Source of the DNA: Squalus acanthias
Lineage: Eukaryota
Assembly: GCA_030390025.1 (NCBI GenBank)
Contig: CM059433.1
Span: forward strand, 11,658,001-11,722,000
DNA: 64,000 bases
Direction of reading: 5' to 3'
Both the position numbers and the translations under genes were made by a program. Of the stretch, positions 60,365 through 64,000 are shown one piece after another. Each line of letters opens with the position of its first letter. Within the stretch, counting starts at the first letter, position 1. The notes under the pieces are model-generated. The model saw only the letters and a program-made list of their open reading frames with translations. It was not told the origin of the DNA and searched no databases.

Positions 60365-62087
60365 GGGCTGGATTTTCCTCACCTTGGCAGGTCCGGGGCA
60401 GGCGATGTTGGTGACGGGTCGCTGCCCTGCTGCTGGCTCCATCCCACTCTGGAAAATTAATTTACATTGATAGGGCTCGTTAAGCCCGCCCAGCGCATTT
60501 CCCAGGCCAATTAGAGGAAGCTTGTATGGTGACGTCATTTATGATGCGTCATCAGCCGGTTTCCTTAAAGGGACCATGGCCAATGTTGTTTTGACATTTG
60601 TGCTGTCAGTGTTCTCCAGCATTGAGGTGCTGCAAACACTGACAATGACTGCACAAAGGTGCAGGGCTGCACCCAGGCTCTCCCATGATTACCTCCATGG
60701 AGGGAGTTACAGCACGCAGGGAGGTTCTCTTCCCATCCCAATAGCGGAAGAGAACTCCCCAGGAGACCAAAACAGCCTGGTTGCACATTGCCCAGGAGGG
60801 CACAAGCAGGGATGTCGTCAGGAGGACCTGGGTGCAGTGGCACAAACTTTTCAATGATCTCATTAGATCACGAAACATTAATACAAAGCCACACTCACCT
60901 TCATCCTCCTGTGCCTTTCATCATATCCCCATCACTCTGCCTTCCCTACCCTACTCCTGCACATCCTTACTCACACCAACTTACCTTGCACCTCCACCCA
61001 TCCCTCTCTCTCTATGTACATTATCACATCCCCATCTCACTAGCAAACCCTCACACTCACCCTCATCCTAGTCCAATCATACCAACTAACAGCACACAAG
61101 GGTAGGCTCTTGGGTGTTTTATCCAGTGTTCATGTAAAGTTTCTGTTAATGTGCTGTCAAACATTGAAACCTTTATTTTCAACACTTTCCTTTCTTGGAC
61201 AGATTTGTGTGCACCTTTGGAAGTGGTTTAGTGAGTTGCAGTGAATGGTGATACATTACAGTACCCCCCGTAATGGTGGTGAGTGTGAAAGGAATGGCTA
61301 GGACATTGTAGGGATGCTTTATGGTGTTGGTGTGGGGTGTTGCCAACCTGGCGCATCATGTGGCAGCCAGGGCATACAGCGTCAAGTGGAGTAAATCTGG
61401 CCATGGTGAGGCCATCCCTGGCCTCCCGGGCAGCAGTGTGCTCGGGTGCTGATGCCCTGTGTCCTGTGCAGCATCAGGTGATTGCGGAGAAGGTTGGTGT
61501 TGTTGTTGGTTCTGCTGGTGTGCCTGGTGCTGCTGGTGTTGGGGCTGATCATGGTCGGATTCTGAGGACCAAGGTGAGAGCGTATAAAGGGCACCCATGT
61601 TGATGGAATAGATGGCAGGTGAAGTAGAGATGACAGAAGCATTCTGTCAATGGTGAGAGAGTTCATCCAATAAGGAGAGACGGGATGGAGAGTGGAAATT
61701 GGAAAGCCTGCAGAATCTGTGCTGGAAATGGACTGAGAAACAGCTTGTGGCTGAGGAAAGTGATGATTTGTCAGGTGGGAGCTTTTACTGTACATGTGAA
61801 GCTGTCAAGTAATTAACTGCAGCAATGGTTATCAACTCCCACCTCAGGTTCACAGACGTGGTCCCCGAGCAGCGTGGACCCCATGGGTGAGCAGTGAAAG
61901 TTAAAAGGAAAGGTTAAAAGCATTATTAAGGGTCTGTCAACAACCGAATAATTGGTTTAATTGGGTTGCCCGCCTCTGCAGGTCAGGTCGGATCAGAGAT
62001 CACACCCGACCCGCTGTCAAAAAAATCAAAATTTCCCACCCGACCCGCCACTGATCCCGCCCGCTGACCTCCCGGAAAATTCAGGCC
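60365..62087. mobile_element. Degenerate Harbinger derivative (different family)
   Basis: TIR GGGCTGGATTTTCC...GGAAAATTCAGGCC; TSD TAA/TAA; Myb-like remnant RTWVQWHKLFNDL at ~60645-60870. Confidence 0.85.
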
Positions 62088-64000
62088 TAAGACTCTCGTT
62101 TCCAACTGAAGTATTTCACTCTCAAACTCAATGTGAAATTCTATCATATTATGATCACTCTTCCCCAGAGGATCCTTTACTATGAGATTACTAATTAACC
62201 CAGTCTCATTACACAATACAAGATCTAAAATAACCTGTTCCCTGGTTTGTTCCATGACGTCTTGTTCTGGGAAACTGTTTCGAATGCATTCCATGAACTC
62301 GTCCTCCAGACTACCTTTGCCAATTTGATTTGCCAAGTCTATATGAAGATTAAAGTCCCCCATAATTATTGTATTACCTTTGCTACAAGCTCCTGTTATT
62401 TGTTGATTAATACTCTGTCCAATGGTGTAGCTACTGTTTGGGGGCCTATAAATTGCTCCCACCAGTCTTTTCTGCCCCTTGTTATTTCTTATCTCCATCC
62501 ATACTGATTCTGCTTCCTGATATTCTGAGCTAAGATCCTTTCTCACTGCTGTCCTTATGTCATCCTTTATTATCAGCGCTACCCCGCCCTTTTCCATTCT
62601 GCCTGTCTTTTCGAAACATCAAGTACCCTGGAATATTTAGTTCCCAACCTAGGCCACCTTGCAACCACATCTCTGTAATAGCTATTAGATCAAAGCCATT
62701 TATCTCTGTTTGTGCCAATAATTTGTCTGTCTTGTTACGAATGTTCCATGCATTCAGATAAAGAGCCTTTAATTTTAACTTTTTACCATTATTCCCTGCT
62801 TTCATCTTATTCGCTGATGCACTTTTACCGTTAAACTCTCTGTCCCTTCTTGTCACACTCTGCTTATCTTTACCCAAATCACTACATTGCTCCATTGCCT
62901 TGACTTTTCTCTTTAGATTTCTAAATTTCCCCTCACCTGACCCCCTCCCCCCTTTTAAGTTTGAAGTCTCAACTTGTCCTGCCACCTGCAAAGATTTGTG
63001 TATGTATACCCCCACGTCTCTCTGTTCCTGCACTCCCTTTAAAATTGTACCATTTTGTTTATATTGCCTTTCCTCATTCATCCTTCCAAAATGCATCACT
63101 TCACACTGCTTTGTATTACATTTCATCTGCCATGTGTCTGCCCATTTCACCAGTCTATGTCCTCCTGAAGCCTATTACTATCCTCCTCACAGTTTACTAC
63201 ATTTGCAAGTTTTTGTGTCATCTGCAAACATGTTTTTAATTATAATAATTGTAATGGTTGTGAACATGACTGACAACAGTGTTAAATATTATAGAATGGA
63301 ATATCTGCTGCATCATGCAAAGAACAAGCTGAAAATACTCTAGATATTCGATGGCCTGGAAGTATGAACCGTATTTAGGAAAAAAGTTGGCAAACACAAT
63401 AACAGAAGTTGTCCTTTCCCCCTTGACTGCTCTGTCACATTTAAATGAGGGCAAGGGGCCAGGGATAGGGAAACCAGCCAATTTCCAACTTCCTTCCCAC
63501 TGTACCACCAACCCCAAGTAAGACCAGAAGAGAAGTGGCGGTACTTGCTGGAGCCATTATGGAAAGATCCCTGACAGAATCAGGGAAAAGAGCAGATTAT
63601 GCCTACATTTCTCACTGGTCTGCCCCCCTCACGGCAGGATCCTAGATGTGGGCTCCTTAAGAACCGTTTCACAAAATTTCAGTACAGTCTTCAGGGGCTT
63701 CGGCCCCCTGTCAATCTCTCTCCTCCAAAGTTAGGGAGCTGCAGCAAGTTCCCCACTGCATTTCCCCAGCTAGCAGTGGCGGGCTCCCTCCGTAGAGCAG
63801 AGATACTGCCAGGAGCACACCCTGTTTAATGAGGCCCAAACCAGGAAAATGGGTCAGGGCAGTGGGCGGAAGTCCAACACCGACCCACTACCAGTGGCTA
63901 AACCGCTCCAGAGGAAAATCCAGCCCTATATTCTTCTGTTACATTTCAGCTTCTTTCTCAAATACTTGGGCTTAGAAATTCATTGGTGCCACGTCTGTTT

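Larger units (their letters stand above)
54008..62965 (-). mobile_element. Near-full-length CR1 ORF2 copy interrupted by two Harbinger insertions
   Basis: APE start LYLNAWNIRNK...ITEMWL (~62760), YRPP and GDFN, RT motifs at 54483-55400, tail at 54008; GTCTCA flanking repeat. Confidence 0.88.
53351..63230 (-). mobile_element. Older CR1 fragment (53351-54007 plus 62966-63230) split by a younger CR1
   Basis: Sequence resumes across the GTCTCA duplication; WQMKCNTKQCEVMHFGR at ~63100 continues to RRFTRMVPG at ~53820. Confidence 0.75.

Overview
Repeat-dense eukaryotic intergenic or intronic DNA, most likely from a cartilaginous fish (shark/ray), inferred from HER1-like CR1 tails, an HE1-like V-SINE and a SacSINE1/DeuSINE-like element. 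No host protein-coding gene could be identified with confidence. The window is a mosaic of CR1 and L2 LINE fragments, Penelope-like elements, many PIF/Harbinger elements and MITEs, one hAT element and a 3.4-kb polypyrimidine minisatellite. Highlights: (1) a non-autonomous hAT (10995-15785, perfect 8-bp TSD CCTTAAGG) carrying the 3' part of a histone H2A gene with its stem-loop and U7 downstream element; (2) an apparently intact two-gene Harbinger (55696-59867; DDE transposase plus a 3-exon Myb/SANT-like gene) with deletion derivatives elsewhere in the window; (3) minimal hammerhead ribozyme motifs in Penelope pLTRs, including a ~100-bp TSD-flanked unit with a canonical GUC site; (4) a MITE family whose palindromes co-vary between copies and which carries clustered splice donors and promoter-like motifs. 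All family assignments come from reading the sequence and from recalled family hallmarks; no database search was run, and many LINE boundaries are approximate.
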